64,000 nucleotides of DNA, from NCBI GenBank assembly GCA_964016885.1, contig OZ024754.1, positions 10,974,001 through 11,038,000 of the forward strand, given 5' to 3'. The translations under genes and the position numbers were made by a program. The notes under the pieces were generated by a model. It had not been told where the DNA came from, did no database searches, and was given only the letters and a program-made list of their open reading frames with translations. Origin of the DNA: Eledone cirrhosa. Taxonomy: Eukaryota. Shown in pieces: positions 1 to 14,500 of the stretch; the first letter of the stretch is position 1; every line of letters starts with the position of its first letter.

Positions 1-1096
1 ATAAGTTACAGCTGAACCAAAGTAATATACAGGAGATCAATTTGTTTCTCAACTTTTATTTATTTATTCAATTTATTTTACAAGAATCTGTACCTCATGA
101 AGGAGATGGTGCAGGATCTAGTTGACTGGTGATTTACTGTACTACAAAAGATATGACTACCAGTACAAGCACTATAACACTAACAGTTAATATGTGAAGA
201 GATCAGGGACTGGGTGGCATAAAATAGAGATGTTCCTTAGCCTGCAATAAATTAGACAAACTCTGCTACAAAAGAACACACTGAGAGAGTGTTGGTGTCA
301 TGATAGAAAGCACCCAGTACACTATGTAATGTAGTTGGTAATCAGACAGAGACTATATAGGATAGAGAAACATGGAGTATAACGAAGTAACTAGAAGAGA
401 ATTGATGGCTGCTATACAAGAATATTAGTGGTGTGTGGCCTGGTGGTAAGGGTGTTGGACTTGTAATCATAATGTTATGTTTGTGATTCCTGGACTGGGT
501 TGTGTGTTGTGTTCTTGAGCAAAACACTTCATTTCGCATTGCTCCAGTATACTCAGCTGAAAATGAGTACCAGCAATAGCTGGGGGTTTAAACCTGCAAT
601 GGACTGGCGTCCTGTCCAAGGAGGAGTCTTGTACTCTCAGTTGCTTCATGCCACAGAAACCGGGATAAACACCGGCCTGATGATCTTCCAGGCTTGCGAC
701 ATACTTCGCTGATGATGATACCCATGGCAGAGAATTGTATCAGGAGCTTCCACCAGAAACAGAGGAAATAAGGCAGAGGAGAATGTTTAGTGAGCTATCA
801 CTTAGTTTCTTTATAAATCAATATCATTCCCGGTGTAGGATAATGTGCAGCATGCTATTTTCAAATTTTCCTGAGGTAATAATAATTGTTTCTATTTTAG
901 GCACAAGGCCAGCAATTACCCAGTACGTTACTGGTACTTTATTTTATCGACCTCGTAAGGATGAAAGGCAAAGTTAACCTCGGCGGGATTTGAACTCAGA
1001 ATGACAAAGGCCGTAACTCTACGCGTCAAAGCATGGTGTCCGACTCTCTACCTATACTGCCAATCCACCATCCTGAGGTAATAATAATGTTCTTAC

Positions 1097-1240
1097 CTCA
1101 AATTCAGTTGGTTCTCGCAATAGTGGCTCACTGAAGTTACAGTTATAATTGTCCCTGTAGTGATATGACGATGATGATGATGTGTTTAAGACTGAACTGC
1201 TTCCAGGTTCAATTATACTTGTATTTTCCAACTTTTCAAT
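1097..1240 (-). CDS. GOLGA4: GOLGA4 exon ending at the start of the GRIP domain (IEKLEN...REPTEFE)
   Basis: ttgtag acceptor, GTAAGA donor, 144 nt; EPTEFE precedes YLRKVLFEYM in the GOLGA4 GRIP domain. Confidence 0.9.
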
Positions 1241-4200
1241 CTACAATAAAAGAGTTTAAGAAAAGACAATTTATACTATTATTAGTCTTAAACAGTGAAA
1301 AAAGAAAGAAGACTTGGTAAAATAATAAGAAAAGCCTCCAGTCCACCCTGTGAGATGGTAGTGTTGATGCCATGAAAAAAGCTCCTAGTATACATTGAAA
1401 TGTGGTTGACATTGGGAAGGGTATCTAGCTGTAGAAAACCAATCCAAAAATGGATCGTATGAGCAAGACATGACCACGTGACCTGTCTAGCCTCATAACA
1501 TGACCGCCTGTCAAACCCATGCAAGCATGGTAAACAGATATTAAATGATGATGATGATTATGAAGAGGCACATATTTAACCTTTAGCATGCTATTGGCGA
1601 CTTAATGCACCACAGAATAATCTTCTCCTGTAGCTGCAGGAGTATTTTGTTGCCTTAGAAACCCTTTGTCAAAAGTTATTTCCAGTATTTTAAACTGGTA
1701 ACAGCTTACTTTCAATTCAGGATGAGGCTAAACTTTCATTTTCCAACGCCATCTTAAATTGTTCTTCATTCAACATGTGTATAAACAGTTGTAGAAGAAG
1801 GAAAAGTTTGTTTGGGCTTTTGAAAATGGTGACTAGTATGACAGAAAATTTTCGGGAAGAAATCTTTATGGATTCTGATCCAAATGATGAATTTTTAGGA
1901 TTTATGTAAGCCAATATTGATGGTGAAGTAGTAGAATATTATAGTGGTAGCAGTGATGGCAGCAATGCTCTGGAAAACAATGTACGTATTCTATATAAAT
2001 GAACTTATGCAAGATTTATTTTCAGTTACCTTTTGTAATAAAACTCCAATATGGGTATGGCAATCTGCAAGTTCATCATTTAAATGTCTTACTTGAAGCT
2101 GAAAATAGAAAGATATTGCAATTACATTGTTATGATTAACCCTTTTGATTAACCCAGCCTAAGATCAGCTGGGGTCATATGAAACTAAACTACTTATTTC
2201 ATTTTAAAGGATCTCTTTGTTTAGGGTGTGGGACTCATAATCATAAGGTTGTGAGTTTTTTCCCCAGCCTAGCTGGCTTGTTGTGTTCTTCAGCAAAATA
2301 ATCTATTATACATTGCTCCTTCTGCCAGAGGTTGTAACCAGCAATTAGTATCAGCAATGAAAAGACCAATAGAAACATTGTTTCCTTGGTCTGATGTGAT
2401 GATCAGATCCTTTCCTTGCTATTTAAATTAAAATATCCCAACATAATTTCATATAAAGAAAATCATGTGTTAAGTTACTCTCTAACTAATGAAATAATTA
2501 ATAATTTTAGTAAATCCTTCAAAACCAATTCTGGTTCTACGAAACAAAACCATTTTTCAAGAGTAAATATCATTTGTAGTCTGTAACTAAGTAACCATGA
2601 TGCCACTATATACAAGTGGAGAAAAAAACAAAAAACAGAGAAATTATTAATCCAAAATTCAACTTACTTGCAAGTCTGTGTTGTCCAATTGTAAATTCTG
2701 GATCTCAACATTATAGTTGGCATCTACGTTGGGAGATGCCAACAGAGGTTGTGCAAGCTGACTATGTTGCATCTCAATTTGGGTTTGCAGTTCAGCAATT
2801 TGTAATCTGAATCAAGATTATACAAATATAGAAAATTCAGAAGAATTGCCAAACTTTTAATAATTTGGTTGTTAATTTGTTGTAAGGATGATTTGAAATG
2901 AAACAATAAGATCTCGGATTTGATTCACTTACCAAATGGGGTAGAACTCATCAGATCAGACCAAGAAAACAATATTTCCATTGTATCTACTATTTGCAAC
3001 TCCTGACAGAAGGAGCAACATAAAATAAAGTGTCTTGCTGAAGGACATAATGCATCACCCAGTTCAGGAATCAAACTTACAAACCTTCATTTGTCAGGTT
3101 TCAACTATTAATTCTTCAACTGAGAAGACTGGAATCCTATTGGCTTGTTTTATACCATTCTCCAAACAACAGTAGTCATCATCATTATTTAAAATCCCTA
3201 GGGCGGTGGATTGGCAGTATTGGTAGAGGGTCGGACCCCATGCTTTGAAGCATAGAGTTACCCCCCTTTATGATCTGAGTTCAAATCCCGCCGAGGTTAA
3301 CTTTGCCTTTCATCCTTACAGGGTCGATAAAAAAAAGTACCAGTAATACATTGGGATAATTGCTGGCCTTGTACCAAAAGTAGAAACAATTATTTAAAAT
3401 CCCTTTTTCCTTGCTAGCAGGGGTTGGAAAGGTCATCACAGACTGAGTCAGAGCTCAAACAACGCTACTGACCTCTAATCCTATTGACATGTTTTATACC
3501 ATTCTTGAAACAATCTTAGTCATCATCATCATCCTTTAATCTCCATTTTCCCTTCTAGCAAGGGTTTGACAGGTCATTATAGACCAAATCAGTACTGATC
3601 CAGGGTCATTATAGACCAAATCAGTACTGATCCAGGGTCATTACAGACCAAATCAGTACTGATGCAGGGTCATTATAGACTAAATCAGTACTGATGGAGG
3701 GTCATTACAGACCAAATCAGTACTGATGCAGGGTCATTATAGACTAAATCAGTACTGATGGAGGGTCATTACAGACCAAATCAGTACTGATGGAGGGTCA
3801 TTACAGACCAAATCAGTACTGATGGAGGGTCATTACAGACCAAATCAGTACTGATGGAGGGTCATTACAGACCAAATCAGTACTGATGCAGGGTCATTAC
3901 AGACCAAATCAGTACTGATGGAGGGTCATTACAGACCAAATCAGTACTGATGGAGGGTCATTACAGACCAAATCAGTACTGATGGAGGGTCATTACAGAC
4001 CAAATCAGTACTGATGGAGGGTCATTACAGACCAAATCAGTACTGATGGAGGGTCATTACAGACCAAATCAGTACTGATGGAGGGTCATTAGAGACCAAA
4101 TCAGTACTGCTGGAGGGTCATTACAGACCAAATCAGTACTGATGCAGAGCTACTGACCTCCTCTCAGATGGTAAAACTGACAAGGAATATGAATATAACA

Positions 4201-7200
4201 TAAGCAACAAAATATCATGAACTTGTAATAATACATACTTGTGCTTTTCTTTATCCACCTCTAGTTGATGTGTGAGTTCAATAACTCGGCGACGTAGTAT
4301 CTCTCCATTTGGCGAACCACTTTGAACTGCTTCCAATGTACACTGATTCTGAGCAACCATCTCCTAGTCAAATGTAGAAAATTATATCACTATTGATTAA
4401 TTGATAACATAGTAATTAAATGTAATTCCATAGAACTGGATATGAAACACTGATTGCAAGAGAGCTGAAGGATGAAGAATAAACACAGACAGCAGCAGAT
4501 GCAAGAAGGCAGAAATGGATTTTAAAAATTGTTAGATTAACCTAGAATAGAGAGAAAAATCATAGTAAGAAAAACCATCATCATTCAAAGTCTACTCTTC
4601 CAGCTAGCATGGGTTGGACAGGTCTACATAGACCAAGTTAGTACTGAAAAGAGGTTACTGACCTCCCAAACAGGCCAAGGGGTTTGTATCCTGCTTACAG
4701 TCATACATTCTATCGAGTGCAGAGGAGAAGTTGCCATGTCTTTTGACACAAACTGAAGGGTCCTCCCAACCCCTTGTTTGGCAAGCTTTCTACGACTGGA
4801 TGCTCTTTCTAACACCAACTACTTTACAGCATGTACTGGGTGTTTTTATTGTATAGATCACCAACATTAGGGAAGTTGTCATGTCCTTGACACAACTAAA
4901 GGGTTCTCCCCCAAAGTATTGATAGGCCATATTTAAACTACTACAGCCCTCACTCATAATCGAGTATGACTTAGTAGAATTTATCATGCTTTCACTAAGG
5001 GTTTTAGGTGCCCATGCAGGCACAGATACCCTTTTGACCCACTCTCCTTTGATCCAACAGAATATCCAAAATGTGACAGCTGGAAAGAGAGAGGACTGCA
5101 CCAGTATTGGACTGATGCTTTCTTAGGTAAAGTGAACCTTGGAAAGACTTGAAATCAGAGCACAAAGAGCCAGAAGTAATATTTACAAAGCATTCTATCC
5201 AACACTCTAACTCTGCCAAATCAAACCCCTTAGACAATGTGTAATGAATGTATAATACAGTGACTAGCAGAAGCAAGAAGCAAAAGGTCAATAAAGGAAA
5301 ATATATATCCAATAAATATTGATTAGTTATATTAAAAAAAATAATAATAATTGATTAGCTATGTCAAGAAGCAAACCCCAATAAGAGGATAAAGTAAATT
5401 GATAAAATGTGGATGCTCTAAAAATCATGAAAAATATATCTATTTAGTTAACAAGGATAATGCAAACTAGGTTTTATTAGAAATGATAAAGGAGGATTTA
5501 AAAGTTGTTTCTTAGAGTTGGAAGTCAACATTAAATGTGATAAAGATGACTGAGTCTTCAACATAGTAGCTCACTAGTTGTATAGTTAATGGTTTATACC
5601 CCATTACTAGCAATGGCTAATTTAGTTAGCTGAAAAATAGTACCATGGATGGTACAATTCAGACATGTAAACAGTGGGAGCACTAAACAACTAACATTAG
5701 CTAGTAGGTTTGTCATCAAAAGTTATAGCTTGAGAAGTAGATTGCCATTAAGATCACTAGTTCTGTGGTGTAAAATACTAACTAATGGTTAGTAAAACTA
5801 CATAGGAAGGGGTGTATATACGTATGCATCAACCTGTAACTCCTGGGGTAGTCATAGAGGCACTGCATTGACATACAGCAATTCTAGGGCATTTTAAAAA
5901 CTTGATGGAGCCCATCGCCTCTCCAGGTCTGAATACAGAAGATTTCTTCCAGAGAAGGGATGAGAGAAATAGAAATTCAAATTGAATTACTTTCTTATTG
6001 GAAGAAACAAAATTTTGGGTGTTGATTATTGCCAAGAGATTAAAACTTTTCCAAATTTCTTTGGGATAAAAAAAAGTAATTTGCTTATAAAAACATGCAA
6101 AAGATAAAAAATAATAAAAAATAAAATTCTCAAAACATAAGCAAGAAACTACCTGCGTGTGAGGTTCATTAGAGGAAGTAGAATAAGCTGATGGTGCAAG
6201 GCTGGCTACAGCTGGTTCCAAGAACTAAAAAAACCAAGGTGGTGGGTAGATATTTAGCAGTCTAATCACAATATTCATCTATAAAGTGCATTTGTTGACA
6301 TTAATGTTTACATATCAACATTACTGATGTGAGAAATGATTATTTCTAATTTAGGCACAAGGCCAGCAATTTGGTGGAAGGGAGAGAAGGTCAATCATAC
6401 TGACCCCTAGTACTAAACTGATACTTTATTTTATCAACCACAGAAGGATGAAAGGCAAAGTTGGCCTCAGTAGGATTTAAACTCAGAAAGTAAAGAGCTG
6501 GAATAAATAAATTTCCTGCAATACTTTAACAATTCTGCTAACTATTTCCTAACAAATAGAATAATAATGGTTCAAAAAAAATTATTTCTCTAGCTGATAA
6601 CAAAAGAAAGTTTATAAATACATTAAAACAACGTCTGCCCCCGAGCAAGGAAGTTCAGCAGGGTAGAGCTTATCCTGGTTTCATTCATGTTAAGCAACTG
6701 AGAGTACAAGACTCCCCCTTAGACAGTACACAAGTCAAATACAGGGTTATCTCATAGCTTCTACTGATACTCATTTTCAACTGAATGTACTGGAGCAATA
6801 TGGAATGAAGTATTTTGGTGAAGAACACACTGCACCAGCTGGCCGGGGGATTGAACTCATGAAACTTTGATCATAAGCCTAACACACTAATCAGGTCACG
6901 TGCCAGATAAATTTATAAGAAACCAATAAAATATATTACTTTATTTTTCTGTGTATTGAATTAAGATTAGAAACTTAAATCTGGAATAAAAACATGCGAA
7001 ATAAAATAAATAAATTAGATAAGTGCAGAAACATATTTTAAAATATATATACAATTTTAAAAATAACTATTTTTGAATTTGGTTTGTAAGATTTTTGATG
7101 TGAAAACGTGTGTTGAAACTGATATTGTTAAACTTTGGGAGGGTCATGCTGCATGTATTTTTATTAGTAGCATGAACAATATTTAAAAATAGCTTTCTCT

Positions 7201-9274
7201 GTAAATCTTAAAAAGGTACAATATGTACTTAAATATAAGCCGATACGAATATAATAGTAATGAAAATTATTGTGTACAGTGCTCAGGTGCACTACAACTC
7301 ATCAAAGGTGCATGTATAGTACATAGAATAATGTACAAATGTCAGGAAAGTGAACAGTGTATTAGTCATAATATACACACAGATACATGCGTGCGTGCGT
7401 GCGTGCATGTGTATGGAGGGCGGATGTCAGGTGTAGTGTAAGCCAACCCCAACTATTTTATATCTGAGAAATGGGCAAAAACCCAAACCTTATTTACATA
7501 CAATTTGAAGTTGGTGAAAATCGTCAAAGCATTGACCCCGAATAGTGTGTATCATAAGTATTTTACAATGGCTAGATATAGTGTTTCACCACACTATTTT
7601 CACGTTTTTCTTATCAAACAACATGTAGAATCAAATATTTTATGACACTTTTCAAATGCATAATAAAGAAGTTATTAATTTTATTAATTGTTTCTACTTT
7701 TGGCACAAGGCCAGCAATTACTCCAGTGTATTACTGGTACTATATTTTATCGACCCCGTAAGGATGAAAGGCAAAGTTAACCTCGGCGGGATTTGAACTC
7801 AGACCATAAAGGGCCGTAACTCTTTGCTGCAAAGCATGGCGTCCGACCCTCTACCGATACTGCCAATCCACCACCCTATTATTAATTTTATTAATTTTAT
7901 TAATAATATCAAACACAATTTTTGGTATACAGTAATATGGTACATCATGACTGCTGACATGGCGGTGACTGTTGGAATGAAGAATTATTTTTTTCACCTT
8001 GCTCTTACCTTGAAAAATACACTGAACCATTCACCCCCAAAACACTTAGATTTAATCTGAAGGATCATAAAGTAGATTTCCATAACAACCCTACTATAAG
8101 ACTAATTTGTCCTTCTACTTCAGTTATAGGTAGAATAAGTAAAAAGATAATTGGTAGAATAACCCCACAAATTAAAAATAGTGTTGAGCCTTTGGGGACA
8201 CATTAATATGATGTAATAACCAAAGCAAACCAAACTGAACGTAACATTTAACAATATATATCAGCCAGAAACATTAGTGTCTGCAGTTCTGTTTATATAC
8301 CAACACAAGAGCAAGAATGATGGGGTCATTCTATTGATATGGCTTTAAAGAAGGTGTTTGCATAATTGCAAACAAATTGAATATTATTATTACTGGTCCG
8401 TTTCTTCCGATATCATTTCGGAAGAAGGATCAGGATGGAGAGAGAGGTGCTGCACCCCAGCCGTTTTTATGAAAGATGGGTGAAAGTGGCGAGAATGGCC
8501 CGTGTGAATGGGCTTTCACTCTACATCAGACTATAGGTGAGGAAGATGAAAGACCAAGGGAGCACCCCCTCTCTGTGCTCCTGAGGAGAAGGGTTGCACA
8601 CTTTTTTTCGGGTGTGTGTGCAACCCCCCTCTCTATTGAGGATTTTGTTATAAATTTTATTTTGTTATATTTTATTTTATTTTTATATTTTGTTATTGCC
8701 TCCTCCTTATTGAGGACGCCTTGCTATGTAAACTCCCCCCATTGTACTTGTCCCACTTTTTGATGCCCTGGTGGCAAATAAAAAGAAAATTATTAATATT
8801 CGAAAAATTTAGATTACATTTATTGTATTCAGCCATGTAGAGCGTTAAACTATTTTATGGCAAAGCTGGCCATTAACCGCTCGTATACATGAAACTGACT
8901 GGCCTATCTGAAAATATGTAAATCTGGCTGATCAGTGGGTCTGCTAATATGCAGATCTGATTGATCAGGTGGTCTGCTAATATGCAAATCAGACCGATCA
9001 GTCACTGTATATTTTAGAAAATATCATATATTTTCACTAGCTCTGACAGTTGGCAGGTAAGCAGTATACTGTACTGATGAAGGATAATCACCCAGAAACA
9101 TTAGTGTCTGCAGTTCTGTTTACATGCCAACACAAGAGCAAGAATGATGGGGTCAATCTATTGATATGGCTTAAAAGAGGCTGTTTGCATAATTGCAAAT
9201 GAATCGAATATTAATATTCGAAAAACCAAGATTACATTTATTGTATTCAGCCATGTAGAGCGTTAAACTATTTG

Positions 9275-9335
<61 letters not shown>

Positions 9336-10796
9336 CATGCATTTGCAGAGGAAATTTAAGAAAAAAATGTTCAGAATGAAAATACTTTTTCTCTGCTTTG
9401 CTTTCATACGGGTTTTTTTCCAATGGGGTAATAATAAATAATTGTTTCTACTTTTGGTACAAGGCCAGCAATTATCCCAGTGTATTAATGGTACTTTATT
9501 TTATCGACCCTGTAAGGATGAAAGGCAAAGTTAACCTTGGCTGGATTTGAACTCAGACCATAAAGGGCCGTAACTCTTTGCTGCAAAGCATGGCGTCCGA
9601 CTCTCTACCGATACTGCCAATCCACCACCCGTAATAATAAATAATGTTCGTAAATACATTTTGAAGTTTTTTTTTTTTTTTTTTTTTTACAAATTCAAAA
9701 AAGACTTCTTTTGCTATACAGTTATTCTTTCTTGATTTTATACTTGTCAAAACTGTAGAATTTGTGGCTTGTGATATTTACTTCATCACTTTAATCTTTT
9801 TTTTTTTTATCTTTTAATCTTAAACATGCAGTGGAAATTTATTTCTGAATTGAGGAGAAAAATGTTTTCTTCACTCCCTTGAATTTTTTGGGCGTCAAAT
9901 GGATCACGATCACGACGAATTTGATAAAGAGGAGTTCTTAGTTGAGAGAACTTCAGCATTTTATTGCTATTGCTGGAAAGAAGACCCCCTTGAACTTTTG
10001 CTGTTTATACAAAAGTATAACCTTGGGAACTCAGTTACAAATATAGTAATAATGTTGCAGATTTTCCTTATAATTGCTGTTAATGTTGCTACCTGTGAGA
10101 GGAATCTTCCCATTTTTTTTTTTTTTATCTTTGTTGGTGCATGGTAGGCACACAACTCCACCTTATTTAACACTACCACCTGTTGCAAGCATTCAGATCA
10201 AGCTTCTGACTGGAGGTTCCCATGATCTTTCAATGCACTTTCATCTTTTACACTTCCTCATTGATGCCAAAAATCTAAACTAAACTCACTGATCACTTCT
10301 CCCCACTCTTCTCTAAAATCTATGGACATTCTAGCTGAAACCCCACACATCACCTCATATTAGCAGGATTTCACTCGGAAAGGTAGTGTCTCTGCCTACA
10401 TAAATTATATGTTCCCTGTCACTCACCTCTCTCGGATGAAAGGAACAAGAAATATTCAATGAAATATCTATAATATTAAATTGTGGATTATAGAAATAGT
10501 TTTGAAATTAGACTAATTAATCCAGTAAAATACCTTTCTTTCCTGATTCCACTCACTGCTAAGAGCAGAGACTTCTTGATCATGCTGCTTTTGTAGATTC
10601 TCTGTTTGCCGGTTAAACTTTGCCTCAAGTCTTCCTTCAAGTTCAACTAAATTTTCCTGGTGGGCTTGAGCTTTCGCATCAATTTGGTCTTGGAGTTGGC
10701 TAGATTTCTTTTCCAATTCTTCCTGTTTTTCCTAAAAAGATTAACTTATATATGAATATCTCTGTATTTATATGTATACACACACACCACACACAC

Positions 10797-10829
<33 letters not shown>

Positions 10830-11354
10830 CATATATATTAATTTATTAAAATAATAGATTAAAGTTTAAGCAAAGAATCGCTGCTTTCACCCTTAACAGG
10901 ATCTTCTGAAACTCAGAGTTTCAGAAGATCCCGTTAAGGGTGCAAGCAGCTATTCTTTGCTTAAACTTTAATCTGTTATTTTAATATTTGCTCTGGGGTT
11001 CTTATATATTTGATATATATTTATCCTTATCGAGCCCTCTTTGGATTTTAGTCTTCACATTTATTATTATTACTACTATATATATATACACATATATATA
11101 TGCATAAATTAAATTAAATCTGCCTTCCTAACAACAACTCATCTCCGACCAGTCCTTTAAGACCTTCACAGGGATACTCCCTTGATAATGGGTTTTTAAA
11201 CCCCAAAATATTTGGGATTATTAAATTTGCTAAGGCAAAATTCTATCGTTATCTTGGCACCTTTAATTTTCTAATGCATTGTATGGCTTTTAAAATTATT
11301 TAAATTTTACATTTCTTATTCAACAATGCTTCAAGCAAACAACAACACTCTGTT

Positions 11355-11413
<59 letters not shown>

Positions 11414-11549
11414 GGAGGTGAGTTTTATTGTAGCACAATAAAGCAATGCATTTTATTTGATGAGAACGCAGATATCATCCCATGATGATATTTGTTTTTG
11501 AAATGTGCATAATAAATACTTGGAACTCTTTTAACCATCTTTTGATCTT

Positions 11550-11580
<31 letters not shown>

Positions 11581-14500
11581 TGTATTTCCTGGTGCTGAGG
11601 ATGCATCCTAATTTTGACAACCAAAAGTTTGAAAAAAATAATTGTTTCTACGTTAGGCACAAGGTCAGCAATTACCCAGTGCATTACTGGTACTTTATTT
11701 TATCGACCCCGTAAGGATGAAAGGCTAAGTTAACCTCGGCGGGATTTGAACTCAGAATGGAAAGGGCCGTAACTCTATACGTCAAAGCATGGCGTCCGAC
11801 CCTCTCCCAATACTGCCAATCCACCGACCTTGAAAAAAAATAATAAACAACCTTCAGTTTCCAGGACGCATGGTAGATTTTTTAGACTTATTTTAAGAAA
11901 AAAGTAGCATCTTTGACACCAGGAAATACGGTATATATATCTATAGAAATTTACAAAATTATTATTCAAAACATCACATTCCAGAAGAGTGGGAATAACA
12001 TTTATTGTATAATGATGATGATGATGATAAAGAAAATTCTACTTACTTCAAGTTCAGTGTTGTATTTTTCTTCTAGATCTTCATAAGCCTTCTCCCTCAA
12101 GCTTAGTTCTTTAGTCAACTCATCCACTTCCCTTCGGTGCTGTCGCATCATTTGCGATTCTTCTTGATGGCACCGCTCTATTAAGACATAACATTTAACA
12201 AGGTGAGCAGAAAGAACATTCTGATAACATTCTGAATTAGGAAACTTTCTCTTCTTTCTACATAAGTTCATTCAAGAAAACTAAAGTTGAAAATAGATCA
12301 AAAAGGCAGTTAAGGTACTAGACTAGTAAATACATGGACTTGAGCCCTGATGTGGTATGGGCTGAACTATAATCTAACTCACATCTCAGTGTCCTTCACT
12401 ATCAATAACTATTACTCCTTACTTTGCTGGTGTTTAGTTAGCAGTAAGAAGGGTATCCAGTTGTAAAAGCTCTTGATCCAAACATTCAAATTTACAAAAA
12501 AATATTTTAGCGTTGATTACATAGAAAATGGATCTAAAACAGGAAAATTTGCTTTGATCACCTTATGTATTGCTAAATTTGTGTGTGTACGCACGCACGT
12601 GTGTGTGAACCCATAACTCCTGGTGGATTCATAGGTGTGCTGTAGTGACATTAGTATTTCTTGGGAATTTTAAACCTGGCAAAGCCCATCCCCTCTTCAG
12701 ATTTGAACATAGCTGATTTCCTCCAGAAAAGGAGACAGAGAGAGAGAGTTATAGAGAAAGAACTGACACCAATACCTGACTGGTACTTTTTTATCGACTT
12801 TGAAAAAATTAAAAGCAAATTTGACCGTGGCAGGATTTGAACTCATAAAAAAAATAAATAGCTTATATATGGTGCCGATATCACTTTAGAAGTGAAAGAC
12901 AGATAGCATTAAAGAAGTCATTTTATTTAAAAAGGAGATGATGTACCTCCAGTAATTCTCATATTTATCAAAAGATAAATGCTAAAATTTGCAAGAAAAG
13001 TAGAGTTAAATATTTTCTTACACTGAAAATATGTCTTAAAAGGAAAAGTATTTTTAAAGATGTTTAATCCTAAAAGGTCTTACCTAGTGCTTCATTGAAA
13101 GACTCTTCATAACCTTTGTCTTTCTCTGCCAACTGTTGATGGACATCTTTAACTAAAGTTTTGATCTTAGAATTGTGTATATTTTCCAATTCCTGCTTTT
13201 CAAGTTCATGTTGTTTCTTCATGAGATCAACTTCTTCAGTGTGCCTTTTTTCAGTACTTGACTTGTTCTCTTCAAAAGAAGATTTCAGTTTTTGCAGCTG
13301 AAGATTTAAATTTTCTTTCTCCACTTTAAGTGACTCCATCTGTAAAGATATTTAATAAAGAAATCCTTTTATATATTTGGCAGAATCAATTATAACATTA
13401 TTAATACATTGCATTTTAAAAACTAACATACTATTTATTTGAAAAATTTAGAAGACCTCTGAAATAGAATGACATTATGTTGTGAAAGTGCGTGGCTTAG
13501 TGGTTAGAGAATTAGATTTACAATTGAGAGGTTGTGAGTTTGATTCCTGGAGCAGGAGATGCACTATATTCTTGAGCAAGCCACTTATTTCACATTGCTT
13601 TTTCTGCCAGGAGTTGTGATCGATAGATAGTATCAGCAATGGAAACATTGTTTCCTTGGTTCAATTTGATGAGTTCCACTCCACTTGGTAAAAGATTGAG
13701 GTCTGGGATCTCGTAGATTGATTTGATCGATCAATTGACGTTTACATGGTGAAGTCAATTGTTTGTTGGTCAGTCTAGCAATTGAAGCATCAACAGATCA
13801 TATTCCATATGGTCAAAATATTCAATCTAACTTATGTAAATATGTACCATAAATAGATAAAACACATAACTGTTAGCAACAATTTAAACAGCTCATGGAT
13901 GTTAGCTATCTTGCTCAGGATCTACTCTTGAGTCTACTGCCGGTTGTTTTTTTTTGGTTTTGCCCATAAAATCTGTCCAGCGATTATTTTCTGAAACATT
14001 CTAACCACATTCCTGTAGTATCAGAGCTGTAATCTTTCAATTCAGAGAAGTAGCAGTTCTACCTGGAGTGACCCTCTGATCTCTGAGCTATGCACTCTAT
14101 AGAGTAACATTACTCCAAAGATCCTTCAGAGGAACCCCATTTTGGCTGTGTGTATTTGCCAAAGTTAATCCAATCTCAAAATTTATAATTGTTCATGCAT
14201 GGAGGCACATGGCTTAGTGGTTAGAGCATTGGCCTTGCAATCGAAAGGTTGTGAGTTCAATTCTCAGACTGGGTGATGTGTTGTTTCCTTGAGCAAGACA
14301 CTTTATTTCACATTGCTCCAGTTTACTCAGCTGTAGAAATGAGATGATAGGGACTGGGGTCCATATCATTCCACTGCAAAGTGGACGTGTAGGCGCCACG
14401 GCAAAAAAGCACCCAGCACTCACTGTAAATGAGGTTGGTGTTAGGAAGGGCATCCAGCTGTAGAAATCAAGCCAGAATCAGTTCCCGTCCCACCTTTGCA

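Noticed and set aside
1710-1727. Second micro-exon (PHPELK) with GTAAGC donor
   Set aside because: The acceptor context is purine-rich and it lies within a probable decayed DNA-transposon remnant (~1577-1985); too weak to call.
3571-4146. CRISPR-like array (32-bp palindromic repeats)
   Set aside because: Units are contiguous with no unique spacers, there are no cas genes, and the context is a eukaryotic intron.
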